From NCBI GenBank assembly GCA_041665625.1, contig JBAYIK010000004.1, forward strand, positions 26,503 through 90,502: a stretch of DNA of 64,000 nt, in the 5' to 3' direction. The notes beneath the pieces are model-generated. The model made no database searches. It worked only from the letters and a program-made list of their open reading frames with translations, and was not told the DNA's origin. Shown here one piece after another: positions 27,466 to 36,742 of this stretch. The position numbers and the translations under genes were made by a program. Each line of letters opens with the position of its first letter. The stretch's first letter is position 1. The DNA is from Minisyncoccota bacterium (lineage in GTDB: Bacteria; Patescibacteriota; Minisyncoccia; Phycocordibacterales; XYD1-FULL-46-19).

Positions 27466-29628
27466 TTAGTTTCTAGGGCGATAAGGGCTAGAAGGTGGAT
27501 TAACTGGATTTGTTGAAGGCTTCAAACCTTTTTTGTTAGCCCATTCAGGATCTGCTTGCTTGATTGAGAGATTGATACGATGTTTCTCATCAATTTCTTT
27601 AATCACAACTGGAACGATATCCCCAATTTTTAGAGCATCAGCAACTTTATCAATTCTGAAGTTGGCAATTTCGGAGACGTGCACTAGTCCATCAGCATCC
27701 TTGCCAATTTGGACAAAAGCGCCGAAGTCCATGAGTCTAACAACTTCACCTTCAAAACGTTCTCCAACTTTATAAACATGGCAAATGCCCTCAATCATTT
27801 CTTTGGCGGCATTGGCTTGGTCAGTCTTGCCGGTGATGTAGACAGTGCCGTCATCTTCAATCTCTACGACAGCGCCAGTATCAGCGGTAATTTGTTGGAT
27901 CATCTTGCCGCCGGGGCCGATAACAGCACCAATCTTGTCGGTAGGGATCATTATTTTAAGAATCTTTGGAGCTGAAGCATTAATCTCGGCACGTGGAGCT
28001 GGGATGGCCGCGACCATAACAGCAATAATTTTTTCACGAGCGACACGAGCATTATCAATCGCTTTCTCGAGAATGGCGACCGGGATGCCACCCATTTTAA
28101 TATCTAATTGGATGCCAGTGATGCCAACAGTGGTGCCGGCTACCTTAAAGTCCATATCACCATAGTGGTCTTCGACGCCTTGGATGTCAGTAATAAGTTC
28201 ATACTTATCATCATTCTCATACATTAAGCCGATAGAGATACCGGCGACTGGTCTTTTGATTGGTACTCCCCCATCCATAAGAGCGAGGGTACTAGCGCAG
28301 ACCGAAGCTTGAGAGCTTGAACCATTAGAAGCTAAGACTTCAGAGACGAGACGAATGGTATAAGGAAATTCTTCACGAGAAGGGATAACTCCACGTAGAG
28401 ATTTCTCAGCAAGAGCTCCATGGCCAATTGAACGGCGAGAGGTATTGCCAACACGCCCAGTTTCACCAACCGAATATGGAGGGAAATTATAATGATGGAA
28501 GAAGTACTTCATGCTGTCTACCTCCATCCCTTCAACAATGAGTGAGTCACGTGGTCCGCCAAGAGTTAGGGTCGTTAAGACGTGAGTGGCACCGCGATAG
28601 AAGAGGCCGTTACCATGAACAACTTTAGAAAAACCACCAGCTTGAGCAAAGAGAGGGCGCACTTCATCAAGAGCCCGGCCATCGGTGCGACGTTTTTTCT
28701 CAATCGCCTCCATGTGAACAACTTCATCAATCTGTTTTTCAAAATAATTTAACCAAGCGCCAAGGTTAGCCTCGGGCATTTTCTCGGTGCGGAGTTTAAG
28801 CCAATCCTCTTTGAGACTGTCTGAAGATTTTTTGCCAGTTCCTTCAAACATAACCCCTTCAATTTTTGGAGCAATATTTTCTTTGAACAAAGATTCGGCC
28901 TCGGCGGGAATAGTGGGGATATTAAGAACGAGTTTTGGCTTGGCCATCTCAGCAATAATTTGCTTCTGCCAGATTTGGATTTTCTCAATTTCTTCCTGAG
29001 CCTTTCTTAGGGCTTCTTTAACTTTAGCCTCAACAATTTCATTGCCAGCGGATTCGATCATACTGATCTTACCTTCACCACCACAAACTAAGAGATCAAA
29101 AATTCCAGTTGTTCGTTCCGTGAAAGTTGGGTTGATAACTAGGTTTTCATTTCCCTCCATTTGCCCCAGGCGCACCGAACTAACGGGCCCACCCCAAGGA
29201 AGTTCTGATGTCGCGAGCGCCAGCGATGCGCCAATAACAGCTGGGACGTCGGCATCATTGTCTTCGTCCATGGCGAGTACAGTAATAATTACTTGAATTT
29301 CGTTGCGAATAGCACTATCAAAAAGAGGACGAATAGTGCGGTCAACAATACGCCCCGTGAGGACGGCCTCTTCACTAGGTCTACCCTCTCTTTTGATGTA
29401 ACGAGCTCCACCAATCTTGCCGGCGGCATAATAACGCTCTTCGTATTCAACGGTGAGCGGGAAATAATCGCTGTCCTCCTTCGTATTAGGAGACATAACG
29501 ACGGTGGCGAGCAACATGGTCTCACCATACTTCAAAATAACTGAGCCAGTGGCTTGGTCGGCAATGTCAGTAAACATGGCCGTTAACGTGCGACCTCCGA
29601 CTTCTAACGAATATTCTTTTTTAGTCAT
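27466..29628 (-). CDS. pnp: Polynucleotide phosphorylase.
   Basis: Two RNase PH-like domains plus KH and S1 regions (GERFEGEVVRLMDFGAFV). 720 aa. Confidence 0.95.
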   Translation of the reverse strand: MTKKEYSLEVGGRTLTAMFTDIADQATGSVILKYGETMLLATVVMSPNTKEDSDYFPLTVEYEERYYAAGKIGGARYIKREGRPSEEAVLTGRIVDRTIRPLFDSAIRNEIQVIITVLAMDEDNDADVPAVIGASLALATSELPWGGPVSSVRLGQMEGNENLVINPTFTERTTGIFDLLVCGGEGKISMIESAGNEIVEAKVKEALRKAQEEIEKIQIWQKQIIAEMAKPKLVLNIPTIPAEAESLFKENIAPKIEGVMFEGTGKKSSDSLKEDWLKLRTEKMPEANLGAWLNYFEKQIDEVVHMEAIEKKRRTDGRALDEVRPLFAQAGGFSKVVHGNGLFYRGATHVLTTLTLGGPRDSLIVEGMEVDSMKYFFHHYNFPPYSVGETGRVGNTSRRSIGHGALAEKSLRGVIPSREEFPYTIRLVSEVLASNGSSSQASVCASTLALMDGGVPIKRPVAGISIGLMYENDDKYELITDIQGVEDHYGDMDFKVAGTTVGITGIQLDIKMGGIPVAILEKAIDNARVAREKIIAVMVAAIPAPRAEINASAPKILKIMIPTDKIGAVIGPGGKMIQQITADTGAVVEIEDDGTVYITGKTDQANAAKEMIEGICHVYKVGERFEGEVVRLMDFGAFVQIGKDADGLVHVSEIANFRIDKVADALKIGDIVPVVIKEIDEKHRINLSIKQADPEWANKKGLKPSTNPVNPPSSPYRPRN

Positions 29629-29730
29629 CTCTAAATTGGGAGTGTTAGCCAGATTTTAGATCTGGTTATTACCAAACCTACATATCCAGCCACCACTCAA
29701 CTTAAATTATTAATACCTAGACTTTACCAT

Positions 29731-29767
29731 AAAAAAACCCGGGCGACCACTTGTGGCGGTCGCCCGG
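29731..29767 (-). terminator. Intrinsic terminator on the minus strand: a 10-bp GC stem plus a U-run.
   Basis: CCGGGCGACC pairs with GGTCGCCCGG, followed on the minus strand by TTTTTTT. Confidence 0.55.
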
Positions 29768-29793
29768 AAACGGGGGGTTTGGGCATTGGGTTT

Positions 29794-29997
29794 TCATCGT
29801 GGGAGAGGGCGTTCTTTTGCCCCTCCTTCTTGCCGCGAGGAAACGACGGGTTCCCCTTCTTGACCATCATGGCTCTGGGACTGAAGCCTGAATTTGAGAT
29901 CTTCCCGGCGGTCGAGCTCCCGATACTCATCCTTTAGTTTTCTCGCAAACCAAAGAACAACGAGTGCAAAAAGAATATATCCCAGCAGAATCTTCAT
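29794..29997 (-). CDS. Small single-transmembrane protein of 67 aa. This is where the GC-rich block begins.
   Basis: AGGAGG ribosome-binding site upstream. MKILLGYILFALVVLWF transmembrane helix. Higher GC than pnp. Confidence 0.4.
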   Translation of the reverse strand: MKILLGYILFALVVLWFARKLKDEYRELDRREDLKFRLQSQSHDGQEGEPVVSSRQEGGAKERPLPR

Positions 29998-30075
29998 GTT
30001 TTAGACCTCCTATTTTTCTCGCCCATGCGAGAAGCCTAATTTCTACTTCTAATTATAACTAACTTTGTACATTTT

Positions 30076-30117
30076 GTCAAAAGCAAAAGGCAGGGGTGGA
30101 ACTGGTCCACCTCTGCC
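30076..30117 (-). terminator. Intrinsic terminator after the SPFH-like gene.
   Basis: An approximately 12-bp stem, GGCAGGGGTGGA pairing with TCCACCTCTGCC, followed on the minus strand by TTTTGCTTTTG. Confidence 0.5.
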
Positions 30118-30158
30118 TCGGGTTCGGTCACGAAATTACAAAGTTGTTTCCGCCGTCA

Positions 30159-31196
30159 TTATTTGGCGGCGGGAGCTGTTGGGGCCGGTGCGGGAGCAGG
30201 AGCCTCGGGTTTCGGAGCGAACTCCTCGGGGCTGAACTTTTCGAGGTCGATGACCTCTTTCGGGTGCACCTTCGCTTCTGCCTTCGCGCCCGCCCGGATG
30301 CCGTCTGGATGAAGCATCTGTGTAAGCTGGGAATTCCCCATCATCTGTTTCATGTCCTCTACGTTCGTCCCGTAGGGGTACATAATGAAACAATTGTTTG
30401 GACCTTGCGCCGCCGACGAGAGTGCCCGGATTTGCCACCAAACCAAGTATTCAGGGGAATCTTTCAGTTCCTCCTTCACGATGCGAATTCCGCCCGCGAC
30501 GCCCTCGGCTTTCTCTTTCTCCACAAGGGCCTGGGCTTTCTCCACTTCGACCTGGCCTTGAGCACGCTCGAGATCGGCTTTGACCTCGTTCTTGGCCGCC
30601 TGTTGAAGCAACTCGGTTGCGGCCAACTTTTCTTGGGCGGCGGTGATGCTTGCCGGCCAATCATAGTTGGAAATCTCCGAGTCGACAATTGCCAGGGGTG
30701 TTGCTGCCGAGGCTTCCATCAGTTGTTTCCTGACTTCCACCCCGAGCTTCATGCTGTTCGCGATGCAGGCGTTGATGTCCGGTTGGACCTCATAAACCTG
30801 ACGCGGAATGGCCTGGGCCTTCATCTTGATAAAGGTATCGTACATCTGTTTGACCGTAATCTTGTTCTCGGCATCAGCCAAAACAGATTCGAAAGCCTTC
30901 TGCATGGCCTGCTTGTCCTCGACATTGGCCCGCACACGGCAGGTGAAATCATATTTCAGATTCACCTTGCCGTTCACGAGGATATTGAGTGTCTCGTTGA
31001 ACGCTTGGTTGGTCGTTTCCAGCAGGTAGACTTTGTCCCGCGGATTGCTCCAGTGGTTGCCCACCGGCAGAATCTCGGTACCCCAGCCACTGGGCGTCCG
31101 CACGCGCCCGATATATCCGGGCGGTACTGTGACGGTGCAACCCGCCAGTATGAACACGGCCAACATCAGCATCAGAATCTTCGCGCTTGTTTTCAT
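30159..31196 (-). CDS. Lipoprotein with an SPFH/band-7-like domain and a C-terminal coiled coil plus an Ala/Pro tail.
   Basis: Lipobox ILAGC after the internal Met (MKTSAKILMLMLAVFILAGC). Coiled-coil region rich in A, E, K and Q. High-GC codon usage. Confidence 0.45.
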   Translation of the reverse strand: MKTSAKILMLMLAVFILAGCTVTVPPGYIGRVRTPSGWGTEILPVGNHWSNPRDKVYLLETTNQAFNETLNILVNGKVNLKYDFTCRVRANVEDKQAMQKAFESVLADAENKITVKQMYDTFIKMKAQAIPRQVYEVQPDINACIANSMKLGVEVRKQLMEASAATPLAIVDSEISNYDWPASITAAQEKLAATELLQQAAKNEVKADLERAQGQVEVEKAQALVEKEKAEGVAGGIRIVKEELKDSPEYLVWWQIRALSSAAQGPNNCFIMYPYGTNVEDMKQMMGNSQLTQMLHPDGIRAGAKAEAKVHPKEVIDLEKFSPEEFAPKPEAPAPAPAPTAPAAK

Positions 31197-31278
31197 GATC
31201 TCTTTCCTCTCATTCCATCTTTGTTTTTGTGTACCTGCCGGCATCAACCGGTATGGCACGTCACGTTGCTTGTGCCGG

Positions 31279-31788
31279 CTACTTGGCCGGCGATGCAGGG
31301 CTCGCCGTTCCAGTCCGTTGCTGGATATCAGCGTCGTGCTTCTTCATCGCCTTGTCGAAGTCGCTGAGGGCGTCTTCGTGCTTCTCAGTGTCGAGCTTCT
31401 TGGCATCGGCAGCAGTCTGCTCCATCTCGGCCTTGGTCGGCAGTTGCGAGTTTTTCACTGCTTCCAGTTCCTTGATCTCGGCTGGCGACTGGTAGTGCGA
31501 AGTGCTCGTCGTGAATGACTGCTTCACGTTCCAGGCGACGTTCACCGCGGAAATGAAGCCGACGACAACGATCACTGAAATGATCGCCGGCCCGATAATA
31601 CTGGGCATCAGCTCCGTCTTTTCCGCGTCAATTGCCGTCTTGCACTTCTTGAGGAAGCTCCGCCAAATCTTGTATAGCCAGTAAGCCAGGAGGATGCCAA
31701 CAATTAGGGCCCCTCCATAGAAAATCCAGCCATACGGGTTCGTCCCCATCATGTTCATCCTGTTCTCCTTTTCTCTCTTTGGTTTCAC
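31279..31788 (-). CDS. Membrane protein of unknown function, GC-rich.
   Basis: Two or three transmembrane helices followed by a charged tail. Confidence 0.45.
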   Translation of the reverse strand: MKPKREKENRMNMMGTNPYGWIFYGGALIVGILLAYWLYKIWRSFLKKCKTAIDAEKTELMPSIIGPAIISVIVVVGFISAVNVAWNVKQSFTTSTSHYQSPAEIKELEAVKNSQLPTKAEMEQTAADAKKLDTEKHEDALSDFDKAMKKHDADIQQRTGTASPASPAK

Positions 31789-31970
31789 ACCTGTTTTGCG
31801 CAGCTCTCACTTGGCTGCATCTCTGAAAATACTAATAGAAAAAGCATCCTCAAAGATGCAGCCAAAACAACTAAGTAATTTTTAAGGAACTATTGCTGGT
31901 GCGATGATAACATAAATCATATGGCCTGTCAACATCAATCTTGCCAAAACAGAGATGTTGTGTCAATCAC

Positions 31971-32013
31971 AAAAATAGCCCCAAGGCCATGAAGTCCTGG
32001 GGCTATTTTTTAA
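31971..32013. terminator. Bidirectional intrinsic terminator with an A-run and T-run on either side of the hairpin.
   Basis: AGCCCCAAGG-loop-CCTGGGGCT, followed by TTTTTT. Lies directly after the stop of the NYN gene. Confidence 0.5.
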
Positions 32014-32016
32014 GAT

Positions 32017-32568
32017 TTATATATGAACCTTAGGAACTGGTTTGCGGGGAGATCCACCGGGCATATTGATGAGATACTTGCGAGGATTCTCAGAGAGATC
32101 TAAGAAGTCGTCCGCAATTTCACGCAATTTCCCGGAGGAACTTTTGCCGAAGGCAATGACTTCTACTTGAGCGCCCATATTTTCTTTAAGATATTCAACT
32201 AACGGGACAAAGTCTCCGTCGCCGGAGCCGATGATGACAGTGTCTAACTTAGGGGCAAGCTTGATGGCATCTACGGCCAAGCCCACATCCCAGTCAGCTT
32301 TCTTGGAGCCATCGACGAAGATTTGGAGATCCTTGGTTTTGACTTCAATACCAATTTTACCAAGGGCTTCAATAAAATTCTTCTCGTCCCCGGCTTCGGT
32401 TGTGACCATATAGGCCATTGCCCGGATAAGTTGGCGACCACCTAAAGCATCTTTTAATACTTGGCCGAAGTTAACGCGAGCGCCACCATAGAGATTCTTG
32501 GCACTATGATAGAGGTTTTGGGTGTCGATAAAAATGCCGACACGCTGGTTCTTATGTTTGATACTCAT
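32017..32568 (-). CDS. NYN/LabA-like (PIN-fold) domain protein.
   Basis: Motifs VGIFIDTQNL, DWDVGLAVDAI and IGSGDGDFVPLV, typical of LabA/NYN. Confidence 0.7.
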   Translation of the reverse strand: MSIKHKNQRVGIFIDTQNLYHSAKNLYGGARVNFGQVLKDALGGRQLIRAMAYMVTTEAGDEKNFIEALGKIGIEVKTKDLQIFVDGSKKADWDVGLAVDAIKLAPKLDTVIIGSGDGDFVPLVEYLKENMGAQVEVIAFGKSSSGKLREIADDFLDLSENPRKYLINMPGGSPRKPVPKVHI

Positions 32569-32683
32569 AAAAAATTATTAATTAATGAAACTTATAAAAA
32601 TTGCTTACTCTAAGTAATCGAGTAAATAGAGAAAACTATCTTGATTTTAAACCAAGATCAATACAAAAGAAAGGAAGAAAAAA

Positions 32684-32932
32684 TTAAGCAGCCGCTTTGA
32701 GTTCAGCTTTACGCTTTTGGGCGTCAATATAGCGCTGATGAGAACGGCGATCAGAGACAAGTTTAAGTAGTCCACGACGAGAGTGGAAATCTTTTGGGTT
32801 TTTCTTAAGGTGGCTGGCGAGTTCCTCAATTCTTTCGGTAATCAAAGAAACTTGCACTTCGGCCGAGCCGGTGTCTTTGTCATGCTTCTGGACCTTTTTG
32901 ATAATGGTCTCTTTCTTTTTTGTTGAAATCAT
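32684..32932 (-). CDS. rpsO: 30S ribosomal protein S15.
   Basis: Motif DTGSAEVQV...HSRRGLLKLV. The start was set at the second Met (MISTKKK) because the -10 element lies inside the longer ORF. Confidence 0.85.
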   Translation of the reverse strand: MISTKKKETIIKKVQKHDKDTGSAEVQVSLITERIEELASHLKKNPKDFHSRRGLLKLVSDRRSHQRYIDAQKRKAELKAAA

Positions 32933-32941
32933 GGTGTCGTT

Positions 32942-32970
32942 AGTATAGCACACGCCCTAAAATAATGCAA
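32942..32970 (-). promoter_or_regulatory. Promoter for rpsO, TTGCAT-17-TATACT, giving a leaderless or very short leader.
   Basis: The minus strand reads TTGCAT, 17 nt, TATACT, then 9 nt before the ATG. Confidence 0.45.
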
Positions 32971-33037
32971 CCCCCACACCAACTTTTGCATTATTGGGTT
33001 TTGCGCTTTTATCGCGATGTAAAAGTTGGTGTGGGGG
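32971..33037. promoter_or_regulatory. Long hairpin of 21 bp with one G-U or mismatch and a 25-nt loop. It lies at the junction of the high-GC block and rpsO and is probably a terminator or insulator.
   Basis: CCCCCACACCAACTTTTGCAT pairs with ATGTAAAAGTTGGTGTGGGGG. Confidence 0.5.
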
Positions 33038-33137
33038 CATGCCCCCTTGTGTTGAGCATAAGAAAGGGGCCCATACTGCTGTCACGTGGTCGTGGCTAGC
33101 GCGTAGGGCCCCAGGGGGAAGAGAAACGAGAACGGTG

Positions 33138-34190
33138 TTACCACCAGAAGCTGAATCGTGCCTCAATCTTGACCGGGCTTTCCATCCCCAGGTCTTGTTT
33201 TGATGAGGCGATGGTTTTCACCGCGTCGAGGGTCAAGGTTGTTGTCCTCTTCTGGTCGAGCCAGAAGCGGAGTCCGGCGGTGGCATTGACCTCGTAACCA
33301 GTCGCACTCTGCAGGGTGACCCGGTCTATTGAGATCTCGCCTTTGTCTGACACACTGAACTGTGTTTCCTCCCAGCTTTTGGCTTGGAGGCTCCACCAAT
33401 CTATCATCCCATGAATTTCAACTCGCGGGAGGGGTTCCCAGGCGGCGAGCGTATAGCCCCCGACCAAGTCACTCGTCCTGGAGTCGTTCATGGCGAAGTA
33501 GATAGCACTCCTTAGGTACAAGTTTTCTGCCAGCGCCGCGTTGGCGTCAATGGCAAAACGTTTGTAATCCTCGGAGCACTGGAGTGTGCCGGCAAGCCAA
33601 CTTTTGCCGAAGTTCTTCTGGAGTCGGGCTGAAACTTCCAACCCTCTCCAGTTCTCTTCGCTATCGAAGGGCACTACCGAGCGCCCACCGACGTCGGCCA
33701 TGATCAGCCAGCCGTCCTCGTCTTTTGACGAATACTCAACTTGTGCACCCCAGATGAAACTTCCCGTGGGGTCACAATTCGGGTACGAGACGGTCTCGTT
33801 CAATGCAGCGATGGGGGTGGTGAAACCTCCAGCGGCAAAGAATCTCCCGACTCGGAGCTTCCAGTTCTCATCGACTTTGTACCAGGCGTTGGCCAGCATC
33901 AAATAATTTTTGCTGGTTTCTTCCTGGAACTGGGCGAAGTTGATCAGGAGCTCTGTCCCCCACCGGCCGGACTTCCCGGTTAGGTTGGAGGAAAGACGGA
34001 AGTTTGTCAGCGAGAGGTCTCGCTGTCCGTCTGTTGAGTACCCATAGGCCTGGACCAGTCCGCGCAGCTTGAGCTTTGCGAACCCCAGGTCCATTGAGTG
34101 GACGAGGCCGGGTTCGTTCTCTTGCCCCATTGCGCTAGCCACAATTGCCAGCAGACAAAACACAAACGCCAAGATCATAGACTTCTTCAT
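33138..34190 (-). CDS. Signal-peptide protein with an aromatic C-terminus (..RFSFWW). It looks like an outer-membrane beta-barrel (porin-like) protein.
   Basis: Signal peptide with cleavage site ASA-MGQ. Alternating beta-strand-like pattern. Terminal aromatic residues. High GC. Confidence 0.4.
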   Translation of the reverse strand: MKKSMILAFVFCLLAIVASAMGQENEPGLVHSMDLGFAKLKLRGLVQAYGYSTDGQRDLSLTNFRLSSNLTGKSGRWGTELLINFAQFQEETSKNYLMLANAWYKVDENWKLRVGRFFAAGGFTTPIAALNETVSYPNCDPTGSFIWGAQVEYSSKDEDGWLIMADVGGRSVVPFDSEENWRGLEVSARLQKNFGKSWLAGTLQCSEDYKRFAIDANAALAENLYLRSAIYFAMNDSRTSDLVGGYTLAAWEPLPRVEIHGMIDWWSLQAKSWEETQFSVSDKGEISIDRVTLQSATGYEVNATAGLRFWLDQKRTTTLTLDAVKTIASSKQDLGMESPVKIEARFSFWW

Positions 34191-34194
34191 GGTT

Positions 34195-35538
34195 CTATCC
34201 TTCCGTAACTGTTGCCAGTCCGGAAAGACAAAGCGTTGTGCTTGTCTGATTTTTCCGAACTAGCGCACTAATCGGCGGACCACGCGGTTTCACCGCGTTC
34301 CAGCTGAAACGCTGGAGCGGTTGCGTGATCTCTCGGAATTCTCCCTCTTCACTTTCCACATCCCCAGTCTCTTCGACCGGAGCCGTAAGGATTGCAAAGA
34401 CTTTGAACTCCTTATGAAGTGGCACCCACCTTGCGGTGCTTGCCACTTTTTCTTCGTCAGTTATCTTGTTGACGAGAGGAGCTTCGGCGACACAGGCGAC
34501 AATAGTGGGCTGCAGGGTGTCGGCGTTTCCTCTGATGTGGAACCCGAACAAAATCCCCATTACCCAAACCATGGCACAAACCGCGACCGATTGCTTCAAG
34601 ACTTGACCAGAGGCTAGGAAGGACTCCAATGCTTCATTGAAAGCAAGTAGCGGTTCTTCGACCTGACGCAGGATTGCTTGTCTCTCTGCTTCGTTCAACC
34701 TGTAGCCGAACTCTTTCCCTGACAAGTATTCTCGCTCCAATTTCTTGAAGCGGTAGGCCTTGCCAGTAGCGTTGTCCATGACGATGAACCCGATCGGGCC
34801 ACAGAGCGTGGCCTTGAGGAAGACCATTGGGCGGAGCATGAGCTCTTCCCTTAGTTTCTTCCCCGCGTACCTGATGTCCAAGAGAACAATCAGTAGAAAT
34901 GGCAAGGTCATTAACCAATACCACTTCATGCTTGTCCTGACTGCCCACCAGAATGCTCGGCCAAGGGAGCCATCGTCGTAGGCCTTACCTAGGGCCCCGT
35001 TTTCCCCGTCTCTTTCGGCGACGGCTTCACGGCACTCGTCTTCGAAGGCTTGCATCGCACAGATCTGTCTCGCTGTTTCGGTCCTTATTTCCCCTCGGAA
35101 ATCTGGGCCGGGTTGCCAACGTTCTATGTAGCTCTTTCTGATCAGGCTGTCCTTTCCCCAAACTGATTCATACGAGACCATGAAGCCCAGCTTGATCTTC
35201 AGCTGGTCGCTTCTCCAAGAAGCTTGAAGCATCTCTTTGACAGAGACACCCCCCTTCTCGATACCCTCCTGGATTCTTTGCTTGAGGACAAGGAACTCAT
35301 CTTCGGCTCTCTCTCGTTCGGGTGTTCCTTGGAGCAGGACGGGAGAATCCTCAAACTTGAGTTTCCCAATCCAGTCCCAGTTTCCGCCCAGCATGAGAGT
35401 TAGAACGATGAGCCCGGCGGAGATCAGCTTCTGCCCCCAGGGCATCTTACTGATCTTTGTTTCTAGCCGGCTCGGTTCGGTCGGTTGGTAGTTTCTACGT
35501 CGTCTGTACTCGAATTGTTCGTAGTACATTTCTTTCAC
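34195..35538 (-). CDS. Membrane protein of unknown function, GC-rich.
   Basis: 447 aa. Ribosome-binding site AGGAGGTG upstream and a TTGACA -35 element. Several transmembrane helices. Confidence 0.45.
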   Translation of the reverse strand: MKEMYYEQFEYRRRRNYQPTEPSRLETKISKMPWGQKLISAGLIVLTLMLGGNWDWIGKLKFEDSPVLLQGTPERERAEDEFLVLKQRIQEGIEKGGVSVKEMLQASWRSDQLKIKLGFMVSYESVWGKDSLIRKSYIERWQPGPDFRGEIRTETARQICAMQAFEDECREAVAERDGENGALGKAYDDGSLGRAFWWAVRTSMKWYWLMTLPFLLIVLLDIRYAGKKLREELMLRPMVFLKATLCGPIGFIVMDNATGKAYRFKKLEREYLSGKEFGYRLNEAERQAILRQVEEPLLAFNEALESFLASGQVLKQSVAVCAMVWVMGILFGFHIRGNADTLQPTIVACVAEAPLVNKITDEEKVASTARWVPLHKEFKVFAILTAPVEETGDVESEEGEFREITQPLQRFSWNAVKPRGPPISALVRKNQTSTTLCLSGLATVTEG

Positions 35539-35667
35539 CTCCTTTCGTTACGAATTTTCTCGTTTTTCTTGTCAAAGACCGAATCTCAACCGACAGGGTT
35601 GAGTTTGTGTACTCTGCATTTCTGGCATAAATTATGTAGTTTGTCAATATCAGAAAATTAAACTCAA

Positions 35668-35696
35668 GGGTCGCCGGCGACAGGCGCGGGCGACCC
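35668..35696 (-). terminator. GC hairpin (GGGTCGCC pairing with GGCGACCC) directly after a stop codon.
   Basis: An 8-bp stem. A moderate U-rich tract follows on the minus strand. Confidence 0.35.
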
Positions 35697-35697
35697 T

Positions 35698-36093
35698 TTA
35701 TCTGGCAAGTTTCCCCCTTTTTCTTTTGCTTTTCTTCCTCTTGAAATCAAGGAGAACCTTGCCGGACTCAATTGCCTTCTCTGGAGTGTACGGTCCGAAG
35801 CGAAGTGGAGAAATTGTCTCCCGGAGAAGGACTCTCCCATTCCTACCGATATACTCGATGGAACGCTTTTCCCCGTTGCATGGCCAGACGATCCAGAGTG
35901 GCTCTCCCCACCACTTCCTTATCTCGCTGAGCCCTTCTTCCCAGTCGTGTCTGTTGTTGGGGATAATGACGATCAAGTCACCCTTGATAAGGGCTAGACA
36001 ATTAAAAAGATCAGGAACGTGGTCGTCCATGTCAATTGGCCCTTTCCTAGGGGTTGTGTTATTTGAAATTGAGAACTTTCTGGTTATTAACAT
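35698..36093 (-). CDS. Hypothetical protein, GC-rich.
   Basis: 131-aa ORF with a basic C-terminal tail. Confidence 0.4.
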   Translation of the reverse strand: MLITRKFSISNNTTPRKGPIDMDDHVPDLFNCLALIKGDLIVIIPNNRHDWEEGLSEIRKWWGEPLWIVWPCNGEKRSIEYIGRNGRVLLRETISPLRFGPYTPEKAIESGKVLLDFKRKKSKRKRGKLAR

Positions 36094-36110
36094 GACATTT
36101 TTGCCTTGCT

Positions 36111-36140
36111 ACGTCAATAAAAAAGACCCGTGTCGTGGGT
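36111..36140 (-). terminator. Intrinsic terminator that closes the hammerhead-punctuated operon.
   Basis: The minus strand reads GACCC-ACGACAC-GGGUC followed by UUUUUUAUU. Confidence 0.45.
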
Positions 36141-36194
36141 CTTACGGCTCATTTATTATCCAGTCGAGCTTCTGGTTTCTGCCACAGCAGAGGG

Positions 36195-36605
36195 TTAGCG
36201 GAGGTCAAGGAGAAGCCACGCTTCAGCGATCATGTCTGGCTGGAATTCTTCGTGAATCCAGACAGCTTCCTCGCTGATGTGGCCGCCACCCATTCCTCCC
36301 GGGATGTGGTTTAGGTCTGTCGCCGGGTCGCAGTCGAATTCAGCGATCTGCTGGGTTATTGCACTCGGCGAGTAGATGTAGATGCTACTTCCCTCCCCCT
36401 CGTTGCAATCCCAGGCCACGTCATCGAGCTTGCGTGAGAGAGTGAGAATGCGGGCTCTCGGTCCGATCAGCGAGAGAGGAACGGTCAAGTAAATCTGACC
36501 ACCCCAATCACCTTCGAAGATGAGCCACCAATCAGTGAAGACGCTCTCTCGCGCCTGCTGGCAGAAACTGGTCAGCACAGCTTGCTCATGTGCGAGCGTC
36601 TTCAT
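36195..36605 (-). CDS. Hypothetical protein: cargo ORF d of the hammerhead array.
   Basis: 136 aa. AAAGGG ribosome-binding-site-like sequence about 30 nt downstream of HHR1. Confidence 0.45.
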   Translation of the reverse strand: MKTLAHEQAVLTSFCQQARESVFTDWWLIFEGDWGGQIYLTVPLSLIGPRARILTLSRKLDDVAWDCNEGEGSSIYIYSPSAITQQIAEFDCDPATDLNHIPGGMGGGHISEEAVWIHEEFQPDMIAEAWLLLDLR

Positions 36606-36637
36606 AGCGAACCCTTTCGGTTAGTTAAAGATCAATC

Positions 36638-36690
36638 CGTTTTCGCTCTTTTGAGCTCATCAGTCGAGACACACATCTCGAGAACGGGGC
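36638..36690 (-). ncRNA. Hammerhead ribozyme, type III (HHR1).
   Basis: The minus strand reads CCCCGUUC^UCGAGA-UGUGUG-UCUCGA CUGAUGAG CUC-AAAA-GAG C GAAA ACGG. The full catalytic core (CUGAUGA...GAAA) is present. Stems I and II are capped by loops, and stem III is open. Confidence 0.7.
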
Positions 36691-36742
36691 CCAATTTGAT
36701 ATCTGGTTGGGCTTCCAGGTTATAACGCTTCGGGTTTCTCAT

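Noticed and set aside
30096-31367. A 423-aa plus-strand ORF, and several other long plus-strand ORFs in the track at 30-38 kb, for example 37562-38209.
   Set aside because: These are antisense shadow ORFs, typical of GC-rich DNA. They overlap well-supported minus-strand genes and the hammerhead ribozymes. They have no ribosome-binding sites and are low-complexity and Arg-rich.
36141-36194. A possible fourth, degenerate hammerhead between ORF d and the operon terminator (ctcat-ttattat-ccagtcgag).
   Set aside because: Only the CAGUCGAG stem-I-side fragment and a disrupted CUGAUGAG are recognisable. There is no stem II or GAAA. This is probably a decayed copy or a coincidence.
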